A stretch of DNA of 64,000 bases from Octopus vulgaris. Lineage: Eukaryota. Location of the stretch: positions 128,216,001-128,280,000 of the forward strand of contig OX597817.1 of NCBI GenBank assembly GCA_951406725.2, given 5' to 3'. A program made the position numbers and the translations under genes. Each line of letters starts with the position of its first letter. Position 1 is the stretch's first letter. Shown in pieces: positions 1 to 14,659 of the stretch. The notes beneath the pieces are model-generated. The model did not search any database. It worked only from the letters and a program-made list of their open reading frames with translations, and was not told the DNA's origin.

Positions 1-147
1 CATTTTTACTTTCTCTCTTTTTTTTACTAATATTCTTTTATCCATTTCTGTCTTTTACTTTATCTCATTCTCTTCTGCATTCACTTTTTTTTTCCTCACC
101 TTTATATATTTTTCATATCTTCTACCTGTCAATATTGCTGTGCACAG

Positions 148-343
148 AAACCTGCACCAACTATAGCTTCCAGATTCCAATTTACCTCAATGAAAACTAC
201 AAAACAATTCACAAATATCTTCAGATCAGTGTTTTTGTGAGGCTTTCCTGGATTGTGTTCAACCCATCTGCAGTGTATTTCAGAGTTCCATTGCAAATTG
301 AAGACTCTGTCGATGTTCTTATGCAGCCAGTTGACTATTTTAT
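148..343 (+). CDS. CFAP47: CFAP47-like coding exon 1 of window (internal exon)
   Basis: cag|AA acceptor, AT|gtgagt donor, phase 1/2; TCTNYSFQIPIYLNENYK...VFNPSAVYFRVPLQIEDSVDVLMQPVDYF resembles recalled CFAP47 'IPMLLN...LFDPPFIFFTPVPL...PQNYF'. Confidence 0.85.
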
Positions 344-407
344 GTGAGTGATTTTAACTTTAACTCTAACCTCTCCATCACCATCTTCTCTCATTTTTTT
401 TTTACAA

Positions 408-815
408 TAGTGTCGCCTTACTGGTACTTGGGCCCCATGCTAGTAGGGTGCTAAGTGCACCATCCGAGCATGATCATTGCCAGAGCAGCTAACTGGTTTC
501 CATGCCGGTGGCACGTAAAAGGCACCATTCGAGCGGGATCCTTACCAGCGTCGCCTTACTGGCACCTGTGCCAGTGGCATGTGTAAAAAGATTTGAGCAA
601 GGTCGTTGCCAGTACCGCCTGAGTGGTCCCTGTGCCAGGGGCATGTAAAAGCACCTGCTACACTCTCAGAGTGGTTGGCGTTAGGAAGAGCATCCAGCTG
701 CAGAAACTCTGCCAGATCAAGATTGGAGCCTGGTGCAGCCATCTGCTTTGCCAGCCCTTAGTCAAATCGTCCAACCAATGCTAGCATGGAAAGCAGGCAT
801 TAAATGATGTACGAT
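408..815 (+). mobile_element. (GAT)n-tailed SINE family copy
   Basis: Same family as 18843-19452; other + copies at about 9390-9770, 59900-60230 and 60830-61312; - copies at about 7300-7600, 24060-24360, 45010-45240, 50120-50400 and 56610-56735. Confidence 0.8.
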
Positions 816-2089
816 GAGGGACAACAATGTATCTCCCCTACAGTAAGTCACTTATACCTATCTCTCACATCATGCTTCAAGTTCACATCATCTGACAAAA
901 AAGCCACCATTCTCAATACTACTTCTCCCCTCAGTTGTGGTGTTTTGTCCTGCCTATCATTTAGTGACATCACTGGTGCTGGTGCTGGTGTTACATAAAA
1001 AAACATCCAGTACACCTCTGTAAAATCACTAGTGTTACAATGGGCACCCAGCTGCAGAAAACATGATAAAACAGACATTAGAGCTTGATGTAGTCCTTTG
1101 GCTTGGAAGCTCCTGTCAAACTGCCCAACCGTGGCCATCACAGAAAATGGATATGGCGATGGCAATGATGATGACAAAGGTGATAATGTCAATGCCAACA
1201 CTACCAACAAATATGACTCATCTAATTAAGGAAAACTGTATATTTATTTTGAAAAAATCATCTCTGGTCTTAAGAAAAACATGCATGAACCAATGAGTGA
1301 CCTGCTATGTGGTGAACCTAACACCAAGAAATAGTACCCAGCTCCATGTGAAATCACATGCTACCATCTTAGAAAGTGACAGACCTATTGGTTAATGTGG
1401 TCCTAGGTATATATTATACCCAAAAGAAAAATTACAGAATGGTCTGCTCAATTCAGAATGATCTGGAAGTAAACAACAAGAAGATACACATGCACATTCA
1501 CACATGTACACGCACAAACACACACACCATGCATACTATGTGGTTGCTTGAATTGCTAGAAAACATACCTAAGTTTCATTTCAAGATAAATTCTATTTTC
1601 TTTACAAAAAAAAAAGTAAAATGAAGGACTCGTAGTTTAATGTAGTTCAAAATACACTAGGTTGTTAAAAATAAAAGATAAGATAAAAAGTCACTGCCAG
1701 AGTCCATTTGGTCAAAGTTTTGCTTGATCAGGTTTGACCTGGGGCTAAAAAACAACAACAACAATATCAATTACCACAAACACATGCACTGGAGGTGGTT
1801 CATATTCACTTTGTTATTATTTAATTATTTAGTTGCTTGGAGCAAAGTTCTTTTATCATTACACATCAGTGACCTGCTCACTGACCCCTCTACAACTGTC
1901 TAGTTCTCAAATAGTTGGTAATTAAGTAATTAATTTAATTTGTGTATTTATTTATTTAATCGTTTATTGGTAGAAGCAAATGAATGGTTAAATAGATTAG
2001 TTATTTATACTCTGCCTTCTTACTTCTCAAGCGTTATGATTTCAAATCTGCTGCATGCTTTTTATTGATTTATTGTGTTCAGCACAAAA

Positions 2090-2540
2090 CATTGGTTTCA
2101 GATTTTAACACAAGGCCAGCAATTTTGTAGGAAGAAGTATGTTGATTGCATTGACCCCAGTGCTCAACTGGTACTTACTTTATTGACCCCAAAAGCATAA
2201 AAGGCAAAGTGAACCTTGGCAGAATTTGAACCCATAATGTAAAGATGGACGAAACGCCAACTAGCATTTTGCCTGGCTGGCTAATGATTCTGCTAGCTCA
2301 TCCCACCTTTCATCCATCTCGACATATTAGTTTTAAATTTTGGCACAAGACCAGAAATTTCAGGGGACTGGAGTAAGTGAATTACATTGATCCCAATACT
2401 CAACTGGTACTTATTTTATCGCCCTTGAAAGAATGAAAGAGAAAGTGGACCTCAGCAGAATTTGAACTCAAAACATAAATATGGTTGAAATGTCACTAAG
2501 CATTTTGCCCAGCATGCTAACAATTCGGCTGGCTCACTTT
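2090..2540 (-). mobile_element. Two adjacent diverged SINE copies (same core family)
   Basis: Repeated gaccccagtgctcaactggtactta...aaggcaaagt..acct.ggcagaatttgaac; further copies at about 12050-12660, 21230-21570 and 39415-39620. Confidence 0.75.
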
Positions 2541-2575
2541 CATCCAGCACAAAAGGACGTTAAACAATGATGATG

Positions 2576-2608
<33 letters not shown>

Positions 2609-3052
2609 TAATAATAATAAAACTCTAGAGATGTTTGTTTGTACCTAAAATATCTCAGAAATAGTATATTTTATCTTAATTTTTTTTTTTTTGCATATAT
2701 ATTTTCATACTTACCTTTGGCAGTGCAGTACAAATTTTTGTAATATTTGGACCTCTGTTTATTAAAGCAAGCGATTAAACGCAATTTTGGTTTGTTATTT
2801 CTTGACAAAAAAGGCTTCCATGGCATCAACACACACACATACAAAATACACACACATATAATGAATGCCATGTTATGTCAATCAACACAAACACAAGTCC
2901 GTTAGCTGTGACACATATACGCATACACAAATATTTTTAACTGAATGTGATTTTAAAAAATGTAAGTTGCTTGTACAGTAAGTATTTATATTTTAGCTTT
3001 CTTTAAACAAACTATTTTAACGTCTATTTTTAATTATTTTCAAGTGAATGGC

Positions 3053-3557
3053 AATCTTCTGCTTGGATTCTCAGAACTGTTGTCCGGAGTTCGTTAATTT
3101 CTGTAAAACATTTTTATTCATTTACTTTTGTTTTAAAATGAAAAAAATGAGAAAATGAAAGATGTAACATACATGTATATGAAATGGATGTGTGTGTGAA
3201 AGCGAGAGAGAATGAATGAAGGGGTGTGTTGTCATGTATACATACATACATCAATACATATGTGTACATCTTTTTTGTATGTACATGTGTATGGGAGAGA
3301 GAGATAGTAAGTGAGTGAATGTGTGTTCTCATGTATGTGTAAGTGGCACTCTATCTCTCTCTCCCTCTCTCTCTCTCTCTCACTCACACACACACACATG
3401 CACACACACACACACGCACACACATCCATTTCATATACATGTTCATACATCTTTCACTCTAAAACAAAAGTGAATAGATAAAAATTTTTTTACGGAAATT
3501 AACAAACAAAACTAACTGATCTGGATGACAGTCTGAGAGTCAAAGCAAAAGATCACC
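3053..3557. repeat. Diverged inverted repeat, ~150-bp arms
   Basis: atcttctgcttggattctcaga...atgtatatgaaatggatgtgtg versus cacacatccatttcatatacat...tctgagagtcaaagcaaaagat. Confidence 0.7.
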
Positions 3558-4316
3558 CCAAGGGAATACCATTGCAAAATTTTTTTGGAGTGCATTCAAC
3601 ATATCTCAGCTCCAAAGATTTGACTGCTACCACGTAACAGCTATTTGTAATAATTGACCCAAAATACCTGTTATGTGGTAGCAGGTCACACAAGAAATAA
3701 CAGCCAAATGTTTCCTTTTCCAGGGAAAGGAGCCATTTATGCATGATTTCAATGTCACATTCATTGAAAGCATGCGAAATAATATGGAAAAGAAAAAAAC
3801 CCATGAAACAAAACTCTGTTGCTGGGAAACTCAGACTTTCCAGGTGACCCAACATACATACATACGTACATACATACATAAATATATGTATTTTGTCGAA
3901 GATCGTGTAAATTCCAACTATATATATACACACACACAAACACACATACATGCGTGGTAAGTAGCCTGCTTACCAACCACATGGTTCCAGATTCAGTCCC
4001 ACTGCATACAAATAATAAGTCCTGGGGGCGATTTTTCAACTAAAGGTGATTATCCAGCATGGCCACAGTCAAATAACTGAAATAAATAAAAGAATAGAAG
4101 AAACATATTATATATGTCAGGTATCTTTCAGTTTCCATCTAAAAGATCCACCCCCAAAGGCTTTTGTCAGCCCAAGGCTATAATAGAAAACACTTTCTAA
4201 AAGTTCCACACAGTGGGACTGAACTTGGAACCATGTCGTTGGGAAACAAGCTACTTACCATAATTTTTTTATTAATTAATTAATTTCTTTATTTGTTTAT
4301 TTATTTATTGTTGTAG

Positions 4317-4405
4317 GTTTCCTGAACTGAAAGTCGAATGTCCTAGTGTCACTTGTGATGACAACAAAGTTATTGAACCATTCAGGGCAACAATTCTTGA
4401 TAACG
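4317..4405 (+). CDS. CFAP47: CFAP47-like coding exon 2
   Basis: ttgttgtag|G acceptor, G|gtgata donor chosen by phase (2/1); FPELKVECPSVTCDDNKVIEPFRATILDN. Confidence 0.75.
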
Positions 4406-5154
4406 GTGATAAGTACCAAACTTTCATTGAAATCATTATAACATGATTTGGTGGTGGGGTTGGGTAGTGTAGAGTTTTTTTTTTTTCTGCTTTATAGTTT
4501 TTAAAATTTTTCTATGCATTCATAATCTCTCAGCAAGATTGAACTTGTTAGCCAGTTATTCTACATATGCAAGTCCCTATGATTCTACAAAACTGAGATC
4601 AATGTTATCTGACTATACCATTCCTTAAAACATTTAAAGTCTAATATTTATTTTATTTTCATCCCTTTGTGGGTTGATAAAATAAGTACCATTTGAGCAC
4701 CAAGGTCGATGTAATTAACTTAACTAATCCTGGATAAGACTACAAAACACTGTGCTCCTCTGCCAAACCATGTCAAGCCAGTCTGGCAGAGTAGGCTCAT
4801 CAAAACAGTATGATTTCAGCCTCTATATCAGACCATGGTTACTGGAGAGGACATATTCATCCTGCAGTAGATTGAACATAGGCAATCCAGTCCAATATTG
4901 TCTTAGGACTAATGTCCTCATGTTGGCTGCTATAGTCTCAATATTTTAGCTGATGTAATCTTCGACATTCTTTAGGTGCCAGTTGTATTCAGTTTTGTCC
5001 TTGGAAAAACATGTAGCGTGTAATGGCAGGGATATTTGGCTGCTATTTGTAGACGGTCGGTCAGTGGCATTGAGAGACTCTCTCTCATTTGGCTCATTGT
5101 TGATGCTGTTGACAGTGTTGGGGGTGATAAACTAAGGCTAATGCCAGCTGCAAC

Positions 5155-5535
5155 GATGATGATGATGATGATGATGGTAGTGATGGTGGTGGTGGTGGTG
5201 GTGGTGGTAGTGAACATTGGGTTAGGAAGAAGAGAAGGAAAAATTGCAAAAGCGTAAAATATTCCTGGTGGTGATAAAGATAATGATCATGATGATAATG
5301 ATGATGGTGGTGGTGATGATGATGGTGGCGGTGATATTGATAGTGGTGGTGGGGATGCCAGTGATAAGAATGATAATAATTATGATAAAAAAATTGCTGA
5401 TAGATTTTAATAAAGATGACAATGATATTGATGATAATGGGAGATCATAACAATGATGCTGATAACAAGGACGGTGATGCAAAACACGATAGCAATGATG
5501 ATAGCTAATGATGGTGATAACAATGGTAATAATAG

Positions 5536-5574
<39 letters not shown>

Positions 5575-5700
5575 CAATGATGATGATGATGATGATAGTG
5601 TTAAAAGTGATGGGAATGATGGTAGTATAGTCACAACAATGAAAGGATGAAAATTACGATGATACGGGTGATGATGAAGGTGATGGTTGTGGTTGTGGTA
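5155..5700. repeat. (GAT/GGT)n trinucleotide-rich array
   Basis: Direct reading; similar (CAT)n arrays at about 11533-11790 and 30410-30815. Confidence 0.9.
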
Positions 5701-5991
5701 AAAAATAATAAAGAAAATATTCCAGAAGTAATTAGAGTGATAAAATTCAGGTTGCTGCTATTTGATTTGGGTTTTTTTTGTTTTTTTTATTTGCAGAGAG
5801 ACACAATAAACAATTACACACACACATACATATATGCACACACATCCACCTATGCATATACATCCACAAAATAAATAAGGTGAAAAACTATATTTGTTTC
5901 TACCATCATAATTTAGTAATATTTCTACAAACATAAACTGTTGGTTTTTTAAGGAACAGGAACTGCTGTAAATCAACAGTGCAACCAGATG

Positions 5992-6030
<39 letters not shown>

Positions 6031-6038
6031 CCACCACC

Positions 6039-6070
<32 letters not shown>

Positions 6071-6199
6071 CAACAACAACACTATCATCATCATCATCAT
6101 CATTGTCTCTTGTTCAAAATCATGTGGTTCACAGAATATAATGAATATCTATTACAAATATTAGGTGAAAGTTAATTTATGGCTTGTAAACTTCTGTCA

Positions 6200-6680
6200 A
6201 AATGGCTGGTTGGCTGGTTGGTTGGTTGGTTGGTTGGCTTGATGATTGGTTGGTTGGTTGGTTGGTCGGTTGGTTGGTTGGTTGAATGGGTGGTTGGCTG
6301 GTTGGTTGGTTGGTTGGATGGATGGATGGATGGATGGTTGTTTGGTTGGTTTGTTTGTTTGGTTGGTTGGATGGATATATGATTGCTTGGTTGGATAGTT
6401 GGTTGGTTGGATGGTTGATTGGCTGGTTGGTTGGTTGGTTGATTGGTTTGTTTGTTTGGTGGGTTGAATGGATGGATGACTGTTTGGTTGGTTGGTTGGC
6501 TGGTTGGCTGGTTGGTTGGATGGATGTTTGAAGGCTGTTTGGTTGGATAATTAGATGGTTGGCTGGTTGTTTGCTTGCTTGCTTGCTTGCTTTGACAGGT
6601 GGATGTTTAGTTGGTTGATTGGTAGATTGGTTAGTTGGTTCATTGGTTAGTTGGATGGTTGGCTGGTTGGTTGGTTGGCT
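6200..6680. repeat. Degenerate (TGGT)n tetranucleotide array
   Basis: Direct reading. Confidence 0.95.
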
Positions 6681-8077
6681 GATTATGAAATTATAAATGA
6701 CATATCTAATAATAGACACATTAACAATTAAAACAACTAATTCAAAATGCAGTAATTATTGAAGTAATAATTTTTGTTGTCTATATTATTTCAAAACAAA
6801 ATGTCATTGAATGTCAGTGCTGTTGTTGTTGTTGATGGTGGTGGTGGTGGTGGTGGTGGTGTTGGTATTGTTAGTAAAATTTTTTGTTTTTTTTCTTTTT
6901 TATGGTGTTGAAGGTGGTGATGCTACTGATGCAAAAAGCTTTTAATCTGTGATAGTTTAAAAAACAGCAAAATAAATATTGCTTTAATGTTCTCTTTTTG
7001 GATTTCATATTTTTTTTTTTTAATCTATCAATTCTTTTTTTCTTTTTGTTTTGTTTTACTTCCTCTTCCTGCATCAGCATCATCATCATTATTCTCATTC
7101 TCATTCTCACCAACTTTATATAAATCATCATCATCGTCAGTGTTATTATCATCATCAGCAACAGTATCATTACCATCATCATCATCCCCACCACCATTTT
7201 CTTATCATCATTATCCTCATCCTTTTCATGTAGAGGTGAAAAGTTTGATGAAAATATGTTTTGCCATTGTTATTATCATCATCATCAGCATCATCAGCAT
7301 TGTTTAACATTGTTTTCCGTGCTGGCATGGGTTTGACAGTTTGACTGAGTACTGGCAAGCCAGAAGGCTGCACCAGGCTCTAATCTGATCTAACAAGGTT
7401 TCTACAGCTGGATGCCCTTCCTAATGCCAACCACTCCGAGAGTGTAGTAGGGGCTTTTTACGTACCACTGGCACAGGTGCCAGTCGGGTGGCCCTGGCAT
7501 CGTTCACGTTCAGATAGTGCTTTTTACATACCACTGGTACAGGAGCCAGTCAGAGGGCACCAGCATCAGCCAAGTTCGGATGGTGCTTTTTAATGCCATC
7601 AGCACACATCCTCACTTAATGCCCATTTTCCATGCTGGCATGGGTCAGACAGTTTAAAAGGAGCTGGCCAGCTGGAGAGATACCCAGGTGCCTATTGTTT
7701 CTCTTAGCATTGTTGCTATGGTTAAATACCCTTCTTAGAATCAACCACTTTACAGAGTGTACAGGGTGCATTTTATGTAGCACCAGCTGAGGTGCTTTTT
7801 ATGCGGCACCAGCACTGGTGCCTTTTATTATCATTTCCATCACCAATGTCCTAGTCTTTGTCACCACCATCATCACCACCACCATCACCATGATGCAGAA
7901 ATGAAATAGTTGCTGCAATAAGGGCACTGGATATTGAACCTGGCTGTCAAAACATGAACAGAGGCTCAGGAATTTCATTCTGGTTATCATTAAATGATTT
8001 GTAATCTTGTATTTTTTGTTTTTATTTTCATGCTTTTGTCTTTTATTCATTTTTGATTTTTTTTTTAACGTCTCCAG

Positions 8078-8174
8078 ATACTTCTGAGGATATCATCTGC
8101 TGCCTTAGTTTTAGGTCTGAAATTCCTGTCTCATTTCGAGGATTAGTCAAATTCACAGACCAGTATGAGAACTG
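8078..8174 (+). CDS. CFAP47: CFAP47-like coding exon 3
   Basis: tctccag|AT, TG|gtaaac, phase 1/2; TSEDIICCLSFRSEIPVSFRGLVKFTDQYEN matches recalled 'CHLSFKSSKPVSF...FCDD'. Confidence 0.88.
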
Positions 8175-8237
8175 GTAAACCAACATTTTCTTTCATCATT
8201 AATTTGGATAATCAGTCAAATATATAAGGAAGGATTA

Positions 8238-8298
<61 letters not shown>

Positions 8299-8309
8299 CA
8301 TTATTATTA

Positions 8310-8535
8310 TTATTCTATGTTTGACTTTTGCTTTATATTTGTACAAGTTGGCTCCAAGTCTCACCCAGAGACCTCAAGAGACGACAGGTTGGAATTTCGT
8401 GATGTTGTTATGCCTAGTGTGCCATATATTTGGTTTTGTATTTAGTGTTGTACTAGTGAATGTCAAAAAAAAAAAGGATGTTTGTTTTAAAACTTGAGAT
8501 TACATAGAAAGTATTTTGCATAGGATATGAGCAGG
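8310..8535 (-). mobile_element. Putative R4/Dong-like LINE 3' end embedded in (ATT)n
   Basis: Second copy at about 42858-43120, both bounded by long (ATT)n; clade assignment inferred. Confidence 0.5.
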
Positions 8536-8551
8536 TCCCATGAGCACTATC

Positions 8552-8683
<132 letters not shown>

Positions 8684-8827
8684 CATTATTATTATCATTA
8701 TTATCATTATTATTAGCATGCTGGACGAAATGCTTAGCGGCATTTCACCTGTCACTATGTTCTGAGTTCAAATATCGACAAAATCAACTTTGCTTTTCAT
8801 CCTTTTGGGGTCAATAAATTAAGTACC

Positions 8828-9062
8828 TATTTCTTTATTACCCACAAGGGGCTAAACATAGAGGGGACAAACAAGGACAAACATAGGTATTAAGTCGATT
8901 ACATCGACCACAGTGCGTAACTGGTACTTAATTTATCGACCCCAAAAGGATGAAAGGCAAAGTCGACCTCGGCGGAATTTGAACTCAGAACGTAACAGCA
9001 GACAAAATATCGCTTAGCATATCGCCCGGCATGCTAATGTTTCTGCCAGCTCACCGCCTTTA
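8828..9062 (-). mobile_element. Full-length SINE inserted antisense into a related SINE (about 8715-9160)
   Basis: 17-bp TSD tcaataaatta(a/c)gtacc at 8811-8827 and 9063-9079. Confidence 0.85.
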
Positions 9063-10667
9063 TCAATAAATTACGTACCAGTGAGACACTGGAGTTGATG
9101 TAACCAACTTTGCCCCTACCCCACAAATTTCAACCCTTGTGCCTTTAATAGAAAGGATTATTATTGTTATTATTATTTTTATTATTATTACTAACGTAGG
9201 AAGCTAGAAGAATTGCTAGCATGCTGGGTGAAATGCTTAGCAGCATTTCATCAGTCTTTACATACTGAGTTCAAATTCCACCAAGGTCAACTTTGCTTTT
9301 CATCCCTTCAGGTTCAATAAAATAAGTACCAGATGAACTGGGCCATTTAAGAGTACACTTTAATCATTGAGCAATAAACTGTGCTTCAAAAGACCTGTTG
9401 AGTCAAGTGAAATCATTATTGTGGCTGATGCCAGTTCTGCCTGACTGGCTTCCATGCCAGTGGCACATAAAATGCACCATACAAACATGGTCAATGCCAG
9501 TGACACCTGACTGGTGCCATGCTAGTTGCACATAAAAAGCACCATTTGAGCATGGTCAATGCCAGTACCACCTGACTGGCCCTCGTGCCAGTGGCATGTA
9601 AAAAGCACCCACTACACTCTCAGAGCAGTTGACATTAGGAAGGGCATCGAGCTGTATAAACTTTGCCAGATCAGATTGGAGCCTGGTGCAGCTTTCTGGC
9701 TTGCCAGTCCTTAGTCAAACCATTCAACCCATGCCAGTATGAAAGCGGGCATTAAGTGATGATAATGATGAACCTTGAGGTTGATGTAACTTACTTTTCC
9801 TTTTCCCAAAATTGCTGGCCTTATGCCAAAAAATTTGAAATCATTATTGTTGTTGTTGTTATACAGGTGAGTTAACAGGGTAGTAGATAAGCAGTAAGAT
9901 AGATGTGTGCGCTTATGTACAAACACATACAAATTAATCCATCACAATCTTGCCATCATTCAGCTTTATAGATTTTTTTCTTGGTAAAAATAATTAAAAA
10001 ATAAAAAAAAAAAAACCATGGCTATTTCCATTAATTTTCATCTAATTTACTGAATATGAAATTAAAATTTTAATATTATGAAGCACCATGATAAATTTCG
10101 TCTCCCACTTTCACACATTAATAATGACCTAATTGTTTACCTCTTTGTTGCTGTCATTAATGTATTATTTTTGTGTTGCTTTTTTTTTTTTTTAGATACA
10201 TTTGTTGCTGGTTTTTGTTGCTTTGTATTTTTGCTCATGTTGTTGCAGAAGTTGTTGCTGTTGTCACTGGTTGTTCTTGTTGTTGTTGTTGCTTTCACGG
10301 TTTTTGGCTTCTTTTTGTTGTGATAGTGGTTGTGGTGGGGGTGGGGGTGGGGCTGGAGTTGTTTGTTGTCATTTTTGTTGTTGTTGTTTTATGCTTTTGG
10401 CTACAGTTGTTATCGTCTTCAGTGTCATTTCTCTTTTATTTTTTATTGTTTACTTGTTTCGCTCATTAGACTGTGGCCATGCTGGGGCATCACTTTGGAG
10501 AATTCCATTTTTAGTTGAATGAATTGACTTCACTACTTACTTTTTGTTAAGCCTGGTACTTTTTCTATCAGTCTCTTTTGCCAAATTGCTAAGTTACAAT
10601 GATTAGACGCACCAACACTAGCTGTCAAGTGATATTGGGAACAACCACAAAGACAAAACACACACAC

Positions 10668-10705
<38 letters not shown>

Positions 10706-11545
10706 GACAGTCTTCTTTCAGTTTCCATCTACCAAATCCACTCACAAAGCTTTGATTAGCTGAAGGCTATAGTAGAAGACACTCACTCTAGATGCCATGC
10801 TGTGGAACTGAACCCTTAACCATGTGGTTTGGAATCAAGCTTCTTACCAAATAGCCATGCCTGCAGCTATTAATTAATTTTTTTTGTCTCCTATTGTGTG
10901 ACCATTATTGATAAGAGACAATGGAAGGTGGAATATGCTAATCTAGTCTACCAGATGGGAAAATAAGATGACGTTCATCATCATCATCATCATCATCATT
11001 ATCACCATCATTTAACCTCCGTTTTTCCTAGCTGGCATGGTTTGGACAGTTCAATAGGAGCTGGTAAACCATAGGATTGCATCAGGGTCCACTCTCTGCT
11101 TCTATGAATGTCCTTCTTAATACTCAACCATTTTACAGAGTATGCTGAGTGTCTTTTTATGTGGTACCAGCACCGGAGAGGCCAAAAAGTAATTTGCAAG
11201 GCAAGGCACTCCACCCCACCTCGACTGAGGGAAGGATTTATATTGAGAGAGATGGTGTTGTGCCAGGTGGTGAGAGATTAAAGTTTAATAGAGAGACAGA
11301 AAATGGTTTGGAGGAGATACCTGACTACCCCACTTGGAAAAGAGACAGAGAGGAGGTGATGGTAAAAATGTGCCATTGCTGTTGTTGTTGTTGCTGTTGT
11401 TGGCAGCAGTAGCGGCATTAGGTGGATCAATATGATGAGTACTTTTTGGCATCATCTACTTGTAACATTCTGATTCTGTAACCAATTAGACACAACTAAT
11501 TGATTAGCACGATCTGACCTTTCCATTGCTCCTTATCATCATCAT

Positions 11546-11581
<36 letters not shown>

Positions 11582-14559
11582 AATCATCATCATCATTATC
11601 ATCATCATCATCACTATCATCAATATCACTATCATTCCCACCACAACTACTGACAACGCTATCATCGAAATCTTATCAGCATTCATTATCATCATCATCA
11701 TCATCATCATTATCATCATCATCATTATCATCACCATCAACACCGTCACCACCATGGCCATCATCACCATCATCGTGAACACCATTGTTATCATACAGGT
11801 TTGATCTCTAAATTTATTGCTATGTTTATAGTAGTTACAAGATCAATAATTTTGAAGGGTGTGTAGGTATGACAGTGTGTAACTCTTACCTTAGGTTGGA
11901 GTTGGCAGGGTGCATCTGTTATCTTAATCAGGTTCGAAAAAGTAGGGGCAACAGGATGTAACAGTTATATATAACCATGGTGAGCAAGGGTAGGATATAA
12001 CTGCTACCTTAATCAGGCCTACAATATTACTTGTATATGTATTGTTAATAATCCTTTCTACTATAGGCACAAGGTCGGACATTTGGTGTGAGGGAGATAG
12101 TCCATTACATTGACCACCTCCAATACTCAACTAGTACTTATTTCACTGACCCCACCCCATCCCCAAATGATGTAAGGTAAAAATCAACTTTAGTGGAATT
12201 TGAACTCAGAAGAGTGTGCTAATGACTTCTGCTAGCTCACCACCTTATTTGTGTTACTGGTTTCAAATTTTGGCACCGGGCAGCAATCCTGGCTGAGAAG
12301 TTAATTGATTGTGTTAACCCCAGTTCTCAATTAGTACTTATTTCAATTACCCCCAAAAGGATGTAAGGCAAAATTGACCTCAGTGAAATTTGAACTCAGA
12401 ACAGGGTGCTGATGTTTCTGGTAGCCCACCACCTTATATGTATTATTGGTTTAAAATTTTGGCACAGGACCAGCAGTCCTGGGGGAGGGGTTAATCGATT
12501 ACATCAATCCCAGTGACCAACTGTTACCTATTTTATCAAGCTCAAAAGGATGAAAGGTGAAGTCAACCTCAGCAAAATTTGAACTCAGAAGATGAGGATG
12601 GGCAAAATTCCGTTAAGCTTTCTCCCTGGTGTGCTAACAATTCTGCCAAATTACTGTCTTTTATGTATTATCAATAATGATAATATTGATACTGCGTAAT
12701 TTATAAGAGGTGAAAAAAAAATACCATCTGTTGTAGGATATGAACTCTAAATACTATATTAACTTTTTACCAATGTCCTACTTTCTCAGCCAGCTTCACC
12801 ACTCTTTAGTGATATCTATCTTATAATGCCACACTGTGGTGAACACCTTAATGATAAAATCTTTTGTGAGTCAAGACAGCAACACTTATTTCAGGGTTTG
12901 GTTAATACACATTTACTTCACTTGAATTCACCTGTGGCACCAATACTTTTAGGAAATGTTTGCTGTACATACACATATGAAGGATATAAACCAAGTAGAC
13001 TCAAGCAAGATAAGAAATAACTAGCTTTAGTTTTATCATTTACATTTCCAGTCGTGGAGGCATATGGTTTAGTAGTTAGGGTGTTGAACTCATGATTGTA
13101 AGATTGTGGTTTCAATTCCAGTACCAGGTGATGTGTTGTGTTCTTGAGCAAAATATTTCACATTGCACTAGTCTACTCAGCTAACAAAAATGTGTAAAAT
13201 GATAAATTTATGACAGGCCTGGCAAGCTGGCAATGGATGATGGCCTTGTCTAAAACAGCAAATAGACATGAAGTTGTGACAGGCCTGGTGAGCTGGTGAT
13301 GGATGATGGCTTTGCCTAAAAAAACAAACAGAAAGGAACTCCTGGACTGATGAATCATAAGCCTACCCTGGAATTGGGTATTACATTACCACTCATACTT
13401 TAGAAGTATGACTGGTGATATGTGACAATGACTAATATATCCACCCTCTTAGCCATGCCATTGATCTTTACCCACCTTTAGGTCTTCACAATAGGCTCTG
13501 TTGTTATTGGACCATTACGGTATGTTTCCTAGGGATCTAAATGCCTTTCCTCTACATACATCATGGAGTGAGCCTTACTCCCAGCCACCACAAATTAATG
13601 ATATATGCTTCTTCTCTATATATACATGACAAAGATAATATTAATGGTATAATAAACATTCACCTTGTGTACATTCTAAAGTTGTTGGTGATAGAATAGG
13701 CATGCATCAGAAAAGAAAGAATTATTTTTGATACCTGAAAAGAAGGAGCATATGAGATATAGACCTTGCTACACATAGTGAAATTAACCTATTTAGAAGA
13801 TCTGTAAAACTGGTCTAGGTAGAGAGTACCTATGCTAGTAGATGGATAAAATGTACCTAGTTCATGCTGTAAAATGGTTGACAGTAGGAAAGGTCACCAG
13901 CCATAAAATACCTGAAGCAGAAGAATTACACAATCACTACAACAATTGTCAGTATCTTTTGCAAGTGGGTGTATAAGTAGATGAAAGACTGCAGCAAGAG
14001 GCAAGATGCTGTCATCCAACTCATGCCAACATGGATAAAGAGATGTCAGATGATGATGATGGTGATGGTGATGGTGGTGGTGGTGGTGGTGGTGGCGGCG
14101 GCAGCGGCGATGACGACGACGATGATTATTATTATTATTATCATTATTATTATTTATCCATTTGTGTGTATGCATGTAGACTACAAAACAGAATTGTCTT
14201 AGATAAACCCTCAAAATCCAAACACTAGAATAAATCCCATCTCCATCGTTTTCCCAGTCCTAACTTGTTTGAAGTGCCTGTGACCCACAGGTGAAACTCA
14301 ACACAGCAAGAGACTGACTCACCAAAAATAAAAATATTGTCAACATCTTCCATGATATTGAATAATCTTTCTTCTGACAGCCAACACTAAATGTGTGTGT
14401 GTGTGTGTGTTTATAGATATTGAAAATAAACAGAATAAAATTAACGAGCAAACGTTAAAAAAATCAAAATATATAGTTACAGATATATAATATGTTTTTT
14501 ATGTTTTTGTTCATAAATTTTATTGTGTTTGTTTTTAATACTTTGAAATTTTGAATTAG

Positions 14560-14659
14560 TTTCCAGCTGACTGTCGTTGCTATCGCAGACAACTGCCTTC
14601 TAAGTTGCTATTCTTTCTTGGTTCATCACCAATTGGATTACAAGATTATTTGTCAACCA
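14560..14659 (+). CDS. CFAP47: CFAP47-like coding exon 4
   Basis: attag|T, CCA|gtaagt, phase 2/0; FQLTVVAIADNCLLSCYSFLVHHQLDYKIICQP matches recalled 'FSLPVTATAENCILTIYPY'. Confidence 0.88.

Noticed and set aside
4406-4414. Alternative exon 2 donor AA|gtacca after 4412
   Set aside because: Phase 2 is incompatible with the phase-1 start of exon 3
4700-5150. Non-repetitive minus-strand segment with an acceptor-like site
   Set aside because: Stops in the frames examined and no recognisable homology; possibly a decayed element
6177-6719. 180-aa Q/P/T/N-rich ORF and W/L/V/G-rich ORFs
   Set aside because: Products of the (TGGT)n repeat
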